Origin: Adineta vaga
Lineage: Eukaryota; Animalia; Rotifera
NCBI GenBank assembly: GCA_021613535.1
Contig: CP075497.1
Location: 4,402,001-4,466,000 of the forward strand
Length of the DNA stretch: 64,000 nucleotides
Reading direction: 5' to 3'
Position numbers and translations under genes: made by a program. Under the pieces are notes generated by a model, which was not told where the DNA came from, did no database searches, and worked only from the letters and a program-made list of their open reading frames with translations. The first letter of the stretch is position 1; every line of letters begins with the position of its first letter. Positions 1 through 14,865 of this stretch are shown piece after piece.

Positions 1-919
1 AACAGAAGTGATTATTCGTGCACAAGATGATTCATTTCAATCATCATCATCAACATCTAATTCGAAAAGTAGTTCAAGTACAACAAGTCGTTCATCTCGT
101 CTTCATTTTTTAATGATGCAACAACATTCGGCTGTTAATTCGCCATTAATGTATTCTCGTTGTACTTCACTTGGATCATTATCAAGTTATGATATTCGAT
201 CTTCATGTAATGATTCTTATACATCTGAATGTAGTTCAGTAAAACCATCTGGAATAATTTCACCAAGTGATATACCGGATTCACCACCATGTGAACCTGA
301 AATACTTGAAGAAGAAGAAGAAGAAGAAGAATATCGACAGATAAGAACAAATAACCGAACATTAACAATGAATACAACAGCAAATAATAATCGAACAACA
401 ATATTAAGTGAAACAGTGATTGAAAAAACACTTACACTCAATCAACATGATTCATTTTCAAATCGAATTAATAATATTGATGATGAGTATCAAAATAGAA
501 GTCCAACATATTTACCTGATCATTCGAACTGGAACTCCAACCATATCAATAGTTCTTCTCATGAAAATGAACTTTGTTTTGATGATGATTATCCTCGAAT
601 ATTTAATAGTGAAATGGATGACGATGATTCTTTAATCGATGATCAAATTCAATATGATGCATCATTTACTGTTCCTTCTCATGAAAATCTTAGTGTTATC
701 ACAGAAGAATCATCATTTATTGAAGAAATCAATTCGAACGATGAAGCAAATAGTATTAAAATTCTCTATGATCTTATTAAAAAACCACATTGGACAAATA
801 AATCTACTTGTAATCAACAATTACCAATCAAATCTTCTTATCTTGAAGAAAATACCAATACTTCAATTAGCAGTAATCCAAGTAGTCTTAGTCTTGATAG
901 TAATGATGGGAATCAAACC

Positions 920-973
<54 letters not shown>

Positions 974-1493
974 TATGATCAAGAAAAAGGTCGACAATTA
1001 ATACAACGTCTTATTGAAGAAACTCTTGCTAGAAGGTAAAACGAACCGTTAGTACTTCTTTTTTTTCTATATTTTCTCTTTCTTCCAGATCTGTTCCAAC
1101 AGATTATCTTCATTCAACCTCGTGTGTACTTTGTCCATTGAATACACCAATGACTACAGCAACACGAAGTGTCTCATCTTCTTCGAGTTCAATATCTGCA
1201 TCGACAAAGTCTTGTACGTGTGTTACAAATCGATCGACAAATTCTGTTTCACAACCACAACGAAGCCGAAGTTCACCAGCTAGACCTTCGTCAACTAGTG
1301 TTGATGATTCAAAGCGACAAACAAGTCGACAGAAGGTATTTTTCTATTAAAAACAAACTTAATCTTCATATTTCGTCTTTGCTTTATTTACCTATCCTAG
1401 GAGAATACAGTGCATCACACTCGTACTTCATATTTACGTCTTCGTCAAGCTCAACAAAATAAACGATCCCATCAACATGATAAAAAATCCTAA
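1..1493 (+). CDS. APC: APC (adenomatous polyposis coli) homolog, 3' portion; 5' end lies outside the window
   Basis: SPLMYSRCTSLGSLSS...SGIISPSDIPDSP matches the APC 20-aa repeat 2 plus region B/CID (human PLMFSRCTSVSSLDS...SGIISPSDLPDSP). Introns at about 1035-1089 and 1336-1400; stop TAA at 1491-1493. Confidence 0.75.
920..970 (+). repeat. (GAT)n microsatellite encoding a poly-Asp tract in the APC-like CDS
   Basis: About 17 tandem GAT units read directly; it also creates the spurious poly-Met ORF 639..1001. Confidence 0.95.
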
Positions 1494-3149
1494 TCAAATA
1501 TAATATTGTTTGAATTTCTTTTCTTTTTTTTGTATTACGTCTGTAAATTATGTATAGATTGTTGACGTAGGTGTGTCTCTCTTTTTTTGCTTCTATTTAA
1601 TAATAACAATATGACATAATTGGAAAAAATAAAATTAAGCGGAATGTTTCTTTTTTGTAAAAACTCTAAGAAACTCAAATACGAAAAAAAGTGAGAAAAT
1701 ATAGAAATGCAACAGCTACCTATGCTTTTGGTATATGAGGAATACGAGCTATGTACACCATATTTTTATTACATATACTTTCAACACTAGCCATATGCGT
1801 ATGCCTCTATCATTATTACCAAGTCGTACTCCTTTATAATCATGAATAACACCATTGCTATCGATTTTTCTCGGCATTTTTCAAAAAAATAATGGCATGT
1901 GTATAGAGTAAAAACAGAAACACATTATCGACGTCATTGATTTAAAAAGAAATATAATGTTTTGAAATCAATGACACAATCAAATTGCACTCCAGTTGAA
2001 ATACTTTTCAGAACACTATAGCATATAGAGTTCAGGCTAAAAACTATGTTTGCCATTTTGAAAACTATATATTTCTTGAATGAATAAATGTGAAAGTGTT
2101 ATCCACACGTTTTAATGGAACATGAACATCGAATTATAACTATACAAATGCATGAAACTGATTACAAACCAGAATATTGAACGATCAGATTTCACACTGA
2201 GAGTAGTATTTCGTTCTTTACTATCCTATCAATGGAATCAATCAAAAAACCAATTTTTCTTTCAAGAGCTGTCTCGAGTAATATAAAACAAATCGTATTT
2301 CAAAAGTAATGAAAAAGTTTGATTGATAGCATTCATACAAGGTTTTGTGATATGATTTAGCAAAAGCATTGAAGAACAAAGACGTGACAGGCACGCTCGG
2401 GCCAAACGTTGTGTACACGTGTGCTCGGAATTGGGAAACGAAACAATCAATACTCTTTATGTTCAAATACAACAAGTATGATCAATTATACACTTCTAAA
2501 TCAATTCTGTGCCAAAAAAGTGTCGCCAGTTGTCATCGCAATCTCCTTCTCTTGCAGTTCTATCACTAACAAGAGAAATTACAAGAGAAATTTATTTCTT
2601 ATACAATGTTCATTTTCTAAATGATTTATAAACAAATCGAGTAATTATTTCTGCAAATCTTTTTCATATGTGAGGCTGCAAAACCATTGGTTCAATGTAG
2701 CTTGAGGTATGTAAACGTTATTTTCTTTTTGTTGTTCTTGCGTCCGAGTGAACGAACAATCGGTCGTCCGTCTATTTTCTTCGCCCGTCCGTTTGTTCGT
2801 TCGTTCGTTCTGTTGGTCCATATGATTTTTTTTTCTTACTGTATCGATGTCGATTACTTGACTGGCACTTTTCATCGTTAAATTCTTTTCTCGTTCTCTC
2901 TCCATCATTTTTTTTTCTTTCTTTCTCTAACATTTTTCTATTTGCTTTCTTCTTCGTCTCTCGTAGAGTAACTACAACAGCGACATTGGCAGATATGTCG
3001 TGCGGACTTGATTCAATCTTGGTCAGATATTTATCGCCAACATTCTAATTAATTAAATAACAAAAATCTTCAAAAATGGTTTGTTCAAAATGATGAATCT
3101 TTTTTCTTGATAAGATAAAAACTGATTTTTTTCTTTGTATTAGATTGCA

Positions 3150-5052
<1,903 letters not shown>

Positions 5053-6437
5053 TAATTCTTTCTGTCTATATCTACTAATCTCACTTCTTTTTTACACACA
5101 CATATATATATATATATGTATATCTTTTAAAGAGATATATAATTTTTTTCCTCTCAAGTACTTAGATTTGTTTATGTACGTTCACTTCTCTCTCAGGGCT
5201 CAGTTCCTCTTCCGTTTTTTCTCTTTTGTGCATGTGTTTTTTTTCTCTTAACTCAGGTGCTTATCAATGAAAAACAAGATGTTTATGTGCGAACTTAGCT
5301 ACCGGTTTCTCTTTTCGTGGGTGTTTATTGCTCAAAGCTTCATCTCTATTCTCTTTTCTCACTGGTCAGATTTCCTTCATATGAGCATGTACACATCATC
5401 TTCTTTTTTGTGACATATTACGAAAAAGTTTCTTTTGTCTCTGTGTGTGTCAGATATTGTCTGATTCTTGGCGTTTATTTCTGTTTGTTCTCATTCTATG
5501 TCTATGAGCACGGCAATATCGAATAATAGATTAGCATTTATGTGGCATATATATATATATACTTGTATAACTTTTCTTTTCCTTTTTCTGTTGTTGTCGT
5601 CGTCGAACTGATAAAGATTAGTTAAACGTTTTTTTTCTTCTCCTCCTCTTGTCTATGATTATTTATTCTGTTTGTTGATTTGATGAATAAAACAAAGAAG
5701 TCATCGCAATTGGACTTGATTTGTTCTATCATTAAATCGATCTGTTTTGTTTCTTTTCGCTTGGTTTACCTTTTTTTTCTCGTGCCTCGTGTACATAGTT
5801 AGAAGAAGAAAAACAAATCAAAGACTTTTTGTTATTCCCTGTTCATTTCTTATTAGATCAGCCTGTTTTTTTTCTCGCTTCTTTGTTTTCTTTTTGTCTT
5901 TTTTTTCATATCTGTCTGGTAAAGAGAACGTGTGTGTATGTGTAAACGAAGAGAGAAAATGCAACAATAAAACAAAAACTAATAGAAACTAAAAATAAAA
6001 GTTTTATATGAATTCACTGTTTGTTTTGTTTACTACTAATCAGTTGCATGAAAAAGAAATCCAATGAAAGATCAGTTTGATTTACTATTGTTATAAGAAA
6101 AAGATGGCTTTGTATGGATGGATCAAAAGGATTTCGAAAGGATTATCATCGAATATCTTTACAAAAGAAGAAATACTTGTTTTTGTTATCCTTCAAAATA
6201 CTATTGATCAACATCGATAGTTAACGATGTTTATTTTAAACTAGATATTTTCGAAATTAATAAATTCAAAAAGATCGGTTTACCATTGAATAAACTTCGA
6301 TTAAACAACATATGAATTGTTTTCTTAGCCAAGTTTGAAAGATCATATGAAAATGTCTATGTTAGTAGTTGATATTGAATTGAATGTAACATTATAGGTG
6401 AATATAAGAAGTGTATTTGTCTTCTTGTTTTAGAAAT

Positions 6438-8521
6438 ATGTTTTTAAATAATTCTCAATCAAATTTTAATATTATTCAACCTATCCCTCGTTTTTATACT
6501 TTTCGTTTTGGTCGACGTTGGAAAACTAATGATGATACCAGTGATAATCATCCTCGCGAATCGAAAATCAATCAGGTACTTCGAACTATCTAATTGACAG
6601 AATTATATTTCTTTTCAAATCAAAGATTGTTGAATTTTACTATGTTTTATCAATATCTTTTCTTTCGCTCTAGGTTATTCGATTACCAACAAAACATTCC
6701 AATGAAGATTCAAGTTCTTCTTTTCTTATAACTGGCATTCGAAACCGTGATTGGTATTTCGATGACGATCTTCAAGGTTCGGATGAGAAAAAATTGTCTC
6801 ACTCAAAATATCAATCAATACCATTAGTAGGAAATACAATTAAAAATCATATAGCAAAGTACGATTTATTAGAATAATAGTTCATTGTCTATTTTTTATT
6901 ATTTAGTTGTGTGATAGATAATAATGAAAATCAATATGAAGAATATGATCTTGATGAACAAGATTTTCAATGGCTAATCGCGTATAATCAATTTCGAATT
7001 CAAAAACGTAACAATTTTCGAATAAAAATTGTCTTGTAACGACCAATGATTTATCCTTTATAGAATTACCAGAACTTGACGAAAACATTTTTGAATATGT
7101 GATGCAACTACTTGAACAGCAATGTTTACAAGGAGTTCGACATAAAAATTATCAAGATACAATTCAATGTGATGCTTGTCATCGTGTAATGACGGTTTTC
7201 GTTCGTCAGAAAGAGGCTTTTTCATATGTGGATTATTTGTATTTAGATCGATGATGTTGATGATTTGATTCAATGTACACAATGCAAATCTATTGTTCAC
7301 AAAGTGAATAAAATGAAATTGAACATCCGAACCTAGTTTGTGTTTTTAGAAATGTTATGGAATAGATCGAAACGAGAATCAATGGATATGCAATTCATGT
7401 CGAGTTGATCATGATCAACATTCATGTTGTTTATGTGGAAAACATGACGGAATATTAAAAGTTTTGAAACTTTCATCATCGTAATATATTATCGATGCTG
7501 TAAATTGTATTGACATATTGATATTCTGTTTATAGAGATCAACAATGGGTTCATCTTTCATGTGCATTTTGGTTACCAACAGTTGAATTCGATGAAGAAA
7601 TGTCACCAAGTTTAAAAGATGTTTTAGTAGGAAATATTTTTCTCTTAAATATTAAGATATTTTGTAAATTTATATTTGAATAGCAAGATAATAGTACGTG
7701 TTTGTTATGTCAAAAAACAAATGGTGTGAAAATCAAATGTTGTTGGAAGAACTGTACTAATCAATTTCATGCAAAATGTGCATTTGAAACTGATCAAGAT
7801 ATGATCATTGCGGAAAGTGAAGATAAACTTTCTGTTCGTTTATTAGTATGTATTGTTTATATTTATTCATAATGATCTTTCAGATTTTGTCATATTAGGC
7901 ACTTTGTCAACGACATACAGAAAAAATTGATTTAGTTGAAAAACGATTACGGAGAAATCAATTTCTAGAAAATAAACAGAAAAGGTATGAAAAATGAAGG
8001 GTGATCTATTTTGTAAACATTCCAACTTCGTTTAGATTCGAACAATATGAATCCTATATTGATTTAGATGCAATTAATCAAGAAACATCAATTCTTCGTG
8101 ATGTGATTGAAAGTATTCATGCGTATTGGGTTCTCAAACGGCAGGTTAAGATACCTTTAATAACATTAACTTCAATTGATATTCTTCGTGGTTTTAGGCT
8201 AATGATTGTCGACCTTTGACTGATTTTCCAGATGATGTTTTCTATCATGATTATGATAAAAATATCAATTTAGTAGATTTTGCTCGACAATATCATTTAG
8301 ATCATCAGACTACTGATTCAAACGATGATATATCTAATATGCTACAATTTTTAGCAACAAATCCACCAACAACATCTTCGCCGATTATTAATCTTTTTAC
8401 GAAATTTGTTCGACGCCCTCGAGTATATTTTATGAACTATGAACGAAGTCAATTTTGTTTATTAGATGCAGAGAAAAAGAAACGTGATAGTGGTTTACAA
8501 TATTTAGGATCAGTGAAATGA
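6438..8521 (+). CDS. JADE/BRPF-like EPL1 plus PHD-Zn knuckle-PHD (PZP) chromatin protein; ends approximate
   Basis: Spliced exons give YDLDEQDFQWL..ENIFEYVMQLLEQQC (EPL1-like), CDAC..CTQC..VH..CYG..WICNSC (PHD), CCLC..WVHLSCAFW..CLLC..C..C..FHAKC (second PHD module) and YWVLKR. Confidence 0.8.
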
Positions 8522-9390
8522 TGATAAGGAATGCGAGATTTCGCTATATTAACATGACTAATTTACCATGTCTTTGATTCTTTTTTCAATTGTAAAACTA
8601 TATGGTTTGTTTATTCTAATTAAAATCTCAAATGACATATCGAAATTATCACTATATTTTGGTAATAACAATCACTGTACTGTTAGCAATAATGCTTTTG
8701 TTTTCAGACCAAGACCAAACACATTTCAGTATTTTTTGTACTTAGAAAATCTTTCGATGACAAGAGTTAAACAACATTTTGCTCGTTGTTCAGCACAAAT
8801 TCCAACGAGTATATATTGACTTACGGAATCAGCGCATGATCGAACCAGTGAAAGAACATTCTAGTAAAAACAATTCTAATTTCAATTAGACTTAACAATG
8901 CTCGAGACAAATAATTTCAAGTGCAATGACGCAAATACATCAATGTAGAAAGATCGATTAGTTCAATTACTTGAAAGGCATAGAAACACGTCGAACATTT
9001 CTATTAACAGAACTATCAGTTAATAAGGTAAATAATAATTTACAAAGAACAACAGAATTGATATCATTGAACGAGTTCACTTTTTGTGCATATTCAAAGA
9101 ATCGATATACAAGAATGATAATAATAATAATCATATTTTACTAAATTTTAACACTATTCTGGTCCAGTTAATCTTATAAGATAAGATGAAGTGTTTATAA
9201 ACTTGCACAGAAAATCTTTAATAAAAATATTAACTATTAATTTTCAGAAATGTACCGAATACGTGATTATACAATTGATTTTACCTTGTGACGCTTAAAA
9301 GATAATTGAATATTTTATTACTGACTAACTTATTTAGACATATATATATATATATACGATTCAGAAGATGACATTTATTCTTTGAAATAA

Positions 9391-10389
9391 ATGGCTCCAC
9401 GTCGTTCATCAGTTGTCACATCATTATTTACTTATTATCCTCTTTGTTTGACATGTGTAACAACCGTATTAAATACTTTCATAATAATAATTCTTTCTCA
9501 AAAAGTATTTCGTCAACGACCAACAATGTGTTATATGCTTGTCATAGCTTTTGTTGATATGTTTTTACTCTACGGGTGGAATTTAGATCATTTTTTTCGT
9601 TTAAAATTTGGTTTTGAAGTCGATCGTTTATCTGTTATATCTTGTAAATTATCGACATATTTCAATCATGTTTTAAGTCAATCATCTGCTTGGTTACGTG
9701 TATGGATGTGTGTTGATCGATTTTGTGCATTAAATCAAGTACGACAACGTCGTGCAGTTTATCAACATCGTCGTGTTGTTTTTCTTATTACTTTTACATT
9801 CATCACTATAATACTTCTCAATCTTCATCTACCAATATTTTCATGTTATGCATATATGCATCAGAATCAAACACGTATAGCTAGTGGATCACTTTATTTT
9901 CCATTGTATCCAGCATGGAGCTATATTAATCTTGCATTATATAATATTATACCGTTCATTCTTATGTTAATTTTTAATGCACTAATTATTCGACATTTGA
10001 TTTTAATTAAACGAACATCAACAATTCGACATTCACGTATTCGACATACATCAATTTCGATTCCAATACTTTTATCAGCATTTCTTTTTTGTTTAATGAC
10101 AACACCACCAGCAATCATCTGGGCGTTCTTCCATACACAAATTCGCTCAGATATATTTCAAGATTATCTTATAAGTTTAATTGATTCAATCAAATATACT
10201 TATCATTCTCTATCGTTTTTCTTATATTTTATAACATTGGTGGAATTTCGTCAGGAATTTTTCCGTTTAATACGTTGGCCATTTATAAATACAGATAGAT
10301 TGATGAAGATTATCAATTCTGTAACAAATGGAAGATCTCATCGATATCGAACACAATCAGTGCCAGTTGCAACAATTACAAAATCATAG
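9391..10389 (+). CDS. Intronless class A (rhodopsin-like) peptide GPCR
   Basis: 332 aa with seven hydrophobic segments, SAWLRVWMCVDRF (DRY-like), PFILM..N in TM5, TTP in TM6 and FFLY..EFR after TM7. Confidence 0.88.
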   Translation: MAPRRSSVVTSLFTYYPLCLTCVTTVLNTFIIIILSQKVFRQRPTMCYMLVIAFVDMFLLYGWNLDHFFRLKFGFEVDRLSVISCKLSTYFNHVLSQSSAWLRVWMCVDRFCALNQVRQRRAVYQHRRVVFLITFTFITIILLNLHLPIFSCYAYMHQNQTRIASGSLYFPLYPAWSYINLALYNIIPFILMLIFNALIIRHLILIKRTSTIRHSRIRHTSISIPILLSAFLFCLMTTPPAIIWAFFHTQIRSDIFQDYLISLIDSIKYTYHSLSFFLYFITLVEFRQEFFRLIRWPFINTDRLMKIINSVTNGRSHRYRTQSVPVATITKS

Positions 10390-10595
10390 ACGAACTCGAA
10401 ATAAACAAACTACACTGTTTTTGTATAACAAAACTAGTAAATTGAACGTTTTCAACAATAAAGTGGTTAACATAAAAACAGAGATGAGGTTAACATTGTT
10501 TCGAAATATTGATCTTAGTCAAATATCAATTTATTTTTATACACAAATATAGAAAATATATAACAAAAATAGTATTATATTCATTTTTCTGACTG

Positions 10596-11281
10596 TTAAT
10601 GCTTTTCTTGACACGTTATCGATGATGTTGTTTGTGTTGTTGCTGGAATAAATTTTCTTTTTAGTTCTTGATGACATTCATCGTTTGAATTGGAAGTATT
10701 AGTTGATGTTTCATCTGCATGAAAGCCAAGACCTTCATGATGTGTATGTAAAATTTTCGATTGTAAACATTCATTAAATTGTTTTTCTAAATCACGATTG
10801 ATTGTTTCATTCTCTATTTCTAATAAACTTCGAGTTTTATTCTATATATATATATGAAAAGAGAAACTGACTTGAACGAGAGTGCTTCTTTTCCGACGAA
10901 AGAACATCATCATGTGTATCTTTTATATCGGTACGATTTTCATTTATGTGTTTCTAAAAACAACAAAGAAATATTTTAAATCATAGTATTTATGTTTTGT
11001 ACTACTTTTGCACCCATTAATCGAAGAAATTTTTGTTTACGTTGCTCATCACCAAGATCAGCATGCTCCCAATCGTTAACTGTGTGAACCTAAATGAAAG
11101 AAAGATGATTTTATTGAAGATATACTAGCGAAATAAAGTGCTCTAAAGGTACCTCTTCAATAGCAATTTCATCATTATCATTTGTTCGATCAATATTATC
11201 AGAGTCGAACTTTTCGTCAAGATGTTCTCTAATGAAGTGTTTTGGTGAAGATAAAATATTTTTCTTCTCTATTGTGGACAT
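10596..11281 (-). CDS. SMAP: Small acidic protein (SMAP/C11orf58 family), 4 exons
   Basis: Spliced translation contains NDWEHADLGDEQRKQKFLRLMGA and INRDLEKQF...HEGLGF, matching the SMAP domain. Confidence 0.8.
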
Positions 11282-11416
11282 AATTATGACAATCTGATTG
11301 AATAAAAACTTGGTTAATTTCACGTTCAGTTCAGTGTTCGCCGCCGGAATCTATTAGGATGACAGTTATAATGATCTATTGGTTTAGTTGGAAACTAATT
11401 ACGCAGTTATTCCGTT

Positions 11417-11441
11417 TAGATGTCGCTTGCGAACGACATCT
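11417..11441. promoter_or_regulatory. TAGATGTCGCT motif plus an inverted partial copy, upstream of SMAP
   Basis: AGATGTCG-cttgcgaa-CGACATCT is a perfect 8-bp inverted repeat about 140 bp upstream of the SMAP ATG. Confidence 0.5.
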
Positions 11442-11623
11442 CTTATTCAATATCATGAACACATAAAAAGAGATGAAGACTAAATTGTGTTCAATATTTT
11501 AAATTTATGCTTTCATAGCTAGTACTATATTTTCCCAAACGTCAATTGACTCATTCAGTAAAGTAGTTTTTTTTAAATGATAGTAGATAATTGTTTACTA
11601 CTGCGTAAAATATCCGTGTTATA

Positions 11624-12781
11624 TTATGAGTTTTTACATCCAACTTTATTTTGTAATACTACAAATGGTTGCACTTCATAATTATAGATATCTTTTCCTA
11701 AATCTGTACCTAATACTTCAACAATATGAAAATATCGATACAATAGTGGTAAACGAATTGGCCCGTATAAACGATGTAAATTAAATTGTAAATGATCTTT
11801 GATATTAAGTGGTACACTTAGAAAAAGAAATCCACCAGGTTTCAACAGACATGTTATCTTTATCATCGTTTGAAAATCACCATATGCATTCAATGGATCA
11901 CGATAACGACCAAGACCATCATGTTCTAAACTACTATATGACCATACACTATCGAAGAATTCGCGATCATACGTTTCATTTTGTTGTTTTCGTGCAAACT
12001 CAGCATGCGTAATAGTTTTTAAACGAGGAACTTTCGAATGGATAGTTGCATATTCGATCGTTGTTATCATCGATGCATTGTATTCGATAAGCGCTGCTTC
12101 GATCCAAGGATTTCCAGTTCCAATTACTGCACATGTTTTATTGCTAACAGCCAATGACGTATACTTATCAAGAACCAAATAGATATCTTTATTATTATAG
12201 CTACCGTATTTCACTCGTTGTCGAAGTTGAATACGATACTTTTCGATTTCTTCAACTGTCCAATTTATAGACAAAACATCATCAGTACGAAAATCTTGTA
12301 GGCCATAACGAATTGGAATAGAATAATCCAATGTGAAATTAGATAGAAAATAATCAGGTATCCGTTTAATATGTTTTTCTGTAGGTGGTAAACTATCTTT
12401 GAGCCATGCATCATATGTTGGACAGTAATCAGGTTCAGGAGTGCAGTAAACTCCATACTTAACAAAAGCATGATGGAGAATACGAGGTAGAAACGAACAT
12501 GTTACAAATTCATTGTTGTGAGTATTTGGCCAAGGGCAATAACCTGCACAAACATATATGTTTCGAGTTTGGTTACATGGAGGATCTTTGATACCATTGA
12601 CTGAAAGATTTTGAGCATATACATAGAAGTTGATGAGCGTTCGTGGCGATGAAACAATTATTTTAGATGTTGCTTGCGGTGGAACAATTAGTGCGACTAT
12701 TGGTCTCTTCAAAAAGAATAATAATGTAAGAATAGATATTGCAGTAGATATGATGATAAAAAATGCATGTTGTCTATTCAT
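11624..12781 (-). CDS. DUF268 family protein (SAM-methyltransferase-like), N-terminal membrane anchor, intronless
   Basis: VIGTGNPWIE, TIEY, SSLEHDGLGRYRDPL..GD, LKPGGFLFLSVP and FNLHRLYGPIRLP are DUF268 hallmarks. Confidence 0.85.
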   Translation of the reverse strand: MNRQHAFFIIISTAISILTLLFFLKRPIVALIVPPQATSKIIVSSPRTLINFYVYAQNLSVNGIKDPPCNQTRNIYVCAGYCPWPNTHNNEFVTCSFLPRILHHAFVKYGVYCTPEPDYCPTYDAWLKDSLPPTEKHIKRIPDYFLSNFTLDYSIPIRYGLQDFRTDDVLSINWTVEEIEKYRIQLRQRVKYGSYNNKDIYLVLDKYTSLAVSNKTCAVIGTGNPWIEAALIEYNASMITTIEYATIHSKVPRLKTITHAEFARKQQNETYDREFFDSVWSYSSLEHDGLGRYRDPLNAYGDFQTMIKITCLLKPGGFLFLSVPLNIKDHLQFNLHRLYGPIRLPLLYRYFHIVEVLGTDLGKDIYNYEVQPFVVLQNKVGCKNS

Positions 12782-14865
12782 GAAAGTAATCTAAAAACGA
12801 TGCTACAAAAGTATAAATTCAACGCATGATCTATTTCAAGTGACAATACGATATTAAATGTAACGATAACATACTTCATATACTAGATTGCACTTAATGA
12901 TTTGCCTACTTTACAATATGACGAAAATTTTGTGATTTTTATCGACTATAAAAATTAGTCAACTAGAATTTATATACATTTCTTCCATTTTTCCATTCAC
13001 GGTGGATCTTTCATGACACAAATTTTAAGATATTATATTATAGAATTTGAATCTACCGTTCAATTTCCTTACATGATCCTATTGTATGCCATTGATTCAC
13101 ACGATTCTGATAGCAAGTAATTGATCATTTGTATTTCTTGTATTTGAGTAGAAAGTTTTCAGTTTCAGGTAATATTTTCTCTATTCAACAAAAAATTCAA
13201 ACACGAAAAAAGTAAATCGTTAAGCGAACATTAGTTTTATTTTTTATAAGAATGAAAAAAACAACGTCTCGAGCAACATGCGAATACTCGTCAATTTAAA
13301 AACGAAAAAGCTGATAGAAGTGATTTCGTCATTTTTATTCAATTTGTCTAGTATGGAAAAATTCCTTAAAAATAATTCATCTATAAAAGAAAGGAGTAAG
13401 CAGAATTAATACATGATTTGTCCATACACGCACGAGTTTTGTTTATTGATACTCCTGAACATATAAACTAGTATGATCATGCATTTGATCTCATTGTCAA
13501 CTAATTTCAATGATGAATTCTTAAACTTTTCATAGAACAATAGTAGTTTTTATTTAGGTAATATATGCGTGGTATAATGTGTACTCATGAATCACAATAT
13601 TCTTTTCCATTTTACTTCATTCTTTACCTCTTTTTTTTCTGTCCTTCAAAGATGAAAAAATATAAAGTGCACCAAAAACGGTAAGAAAAAAAAACGTAAT
13701 ATCATTGGCATAAATTGTAAAGAAAAAGAACGCAAGAAAAAAACGATTCTGAAACAAAAAAGCCAAACATGCTGCTACGGATATGAATATTTTTCTTTCA
13801 ACAAAACTCATGTTATAACAACCACTACTTGTAAAATTCCATGAATGGTATATTTTATCAAAAGAGTTCATATATATGTAAGTTGTCTCCAATGAACTTT
13901 TTTTACCTCTTTCTTTTAATGTCATATTTCACACTCAGAAATGTATTATTATTCTCACAATATGAAGTAAAAAGTAAGAGCGAGTGTTATCTCAGTTTTT
14001 ATTCTTCTTTCTTTTATCATCCATTAAATATTTAGATTGAAGTATCAAATACATTCTAAAGATAATGGAATATTGATAATGTATGATGCTCAATGCTAGT
14101 GATTATTTCATATTTAATTCTTTTCGATAGATCGGAACTGTAAGTATTAGAGAATAAATAGAATACAACATCTGCTCAATTATTTTTATTGAATTTAAAC
14201 GATGCTATGTAAATCTTTTGTATATTTTTTGTATGTAGAGATTTATTCATGTATAGAAGAACAAGTTGAAACTTATGGTTACTGTGAATTTATTTGATCA
14301 ATGTATGGTAGGAAATAGCTTATGCTCTATTTAATTGAAAATAACAAGTCTCAGTAATGCTATTCCAAATCAACGAGCATATTTGTACTCGAATATTCAT
14401 ACGTAATATATGCAGAATAAAATCTCGTTCTTTTATTCTACTGAAAAAAAAACAACACATTTTTGTTCTGATTTTGGACGTCATTTATAAGATATAATGC
14501 AACTTTGACTTTCCATGGAGAAAGAAATTTACATCTGTTCGAGCGACGTTTATTCAATAATACTATATAAAAGACATTCTTATGATGAACAATTAGAGTA
14601 GTGCCATTTTGTATTTAATCAAAGATATTTTTCGAAAATTGTATCACTGAGTGAATGAGATCGCAGTTCCTATTAAAGAAATGACTTAACTTCTTTCGTT
14701 AGAAAGTCATTCCCATAGTTGAATCAATATGATTCCCCTCATTCCTCTGCATGTTTGATAATAACCGATGGTTCTTTTGTAAAAAAATGAAATCTTTTAA
14801 ATAGTGATAAATCGTTCATTTATAATTAAATTCTTTGTTTATTTCAGATTTATGTTTTTCTACCA

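Noticed and set aside
639-1001. Poly-Met ORF
   Set aside because: Alternative-frame reading of the (GAT)n poly-Asp tract.
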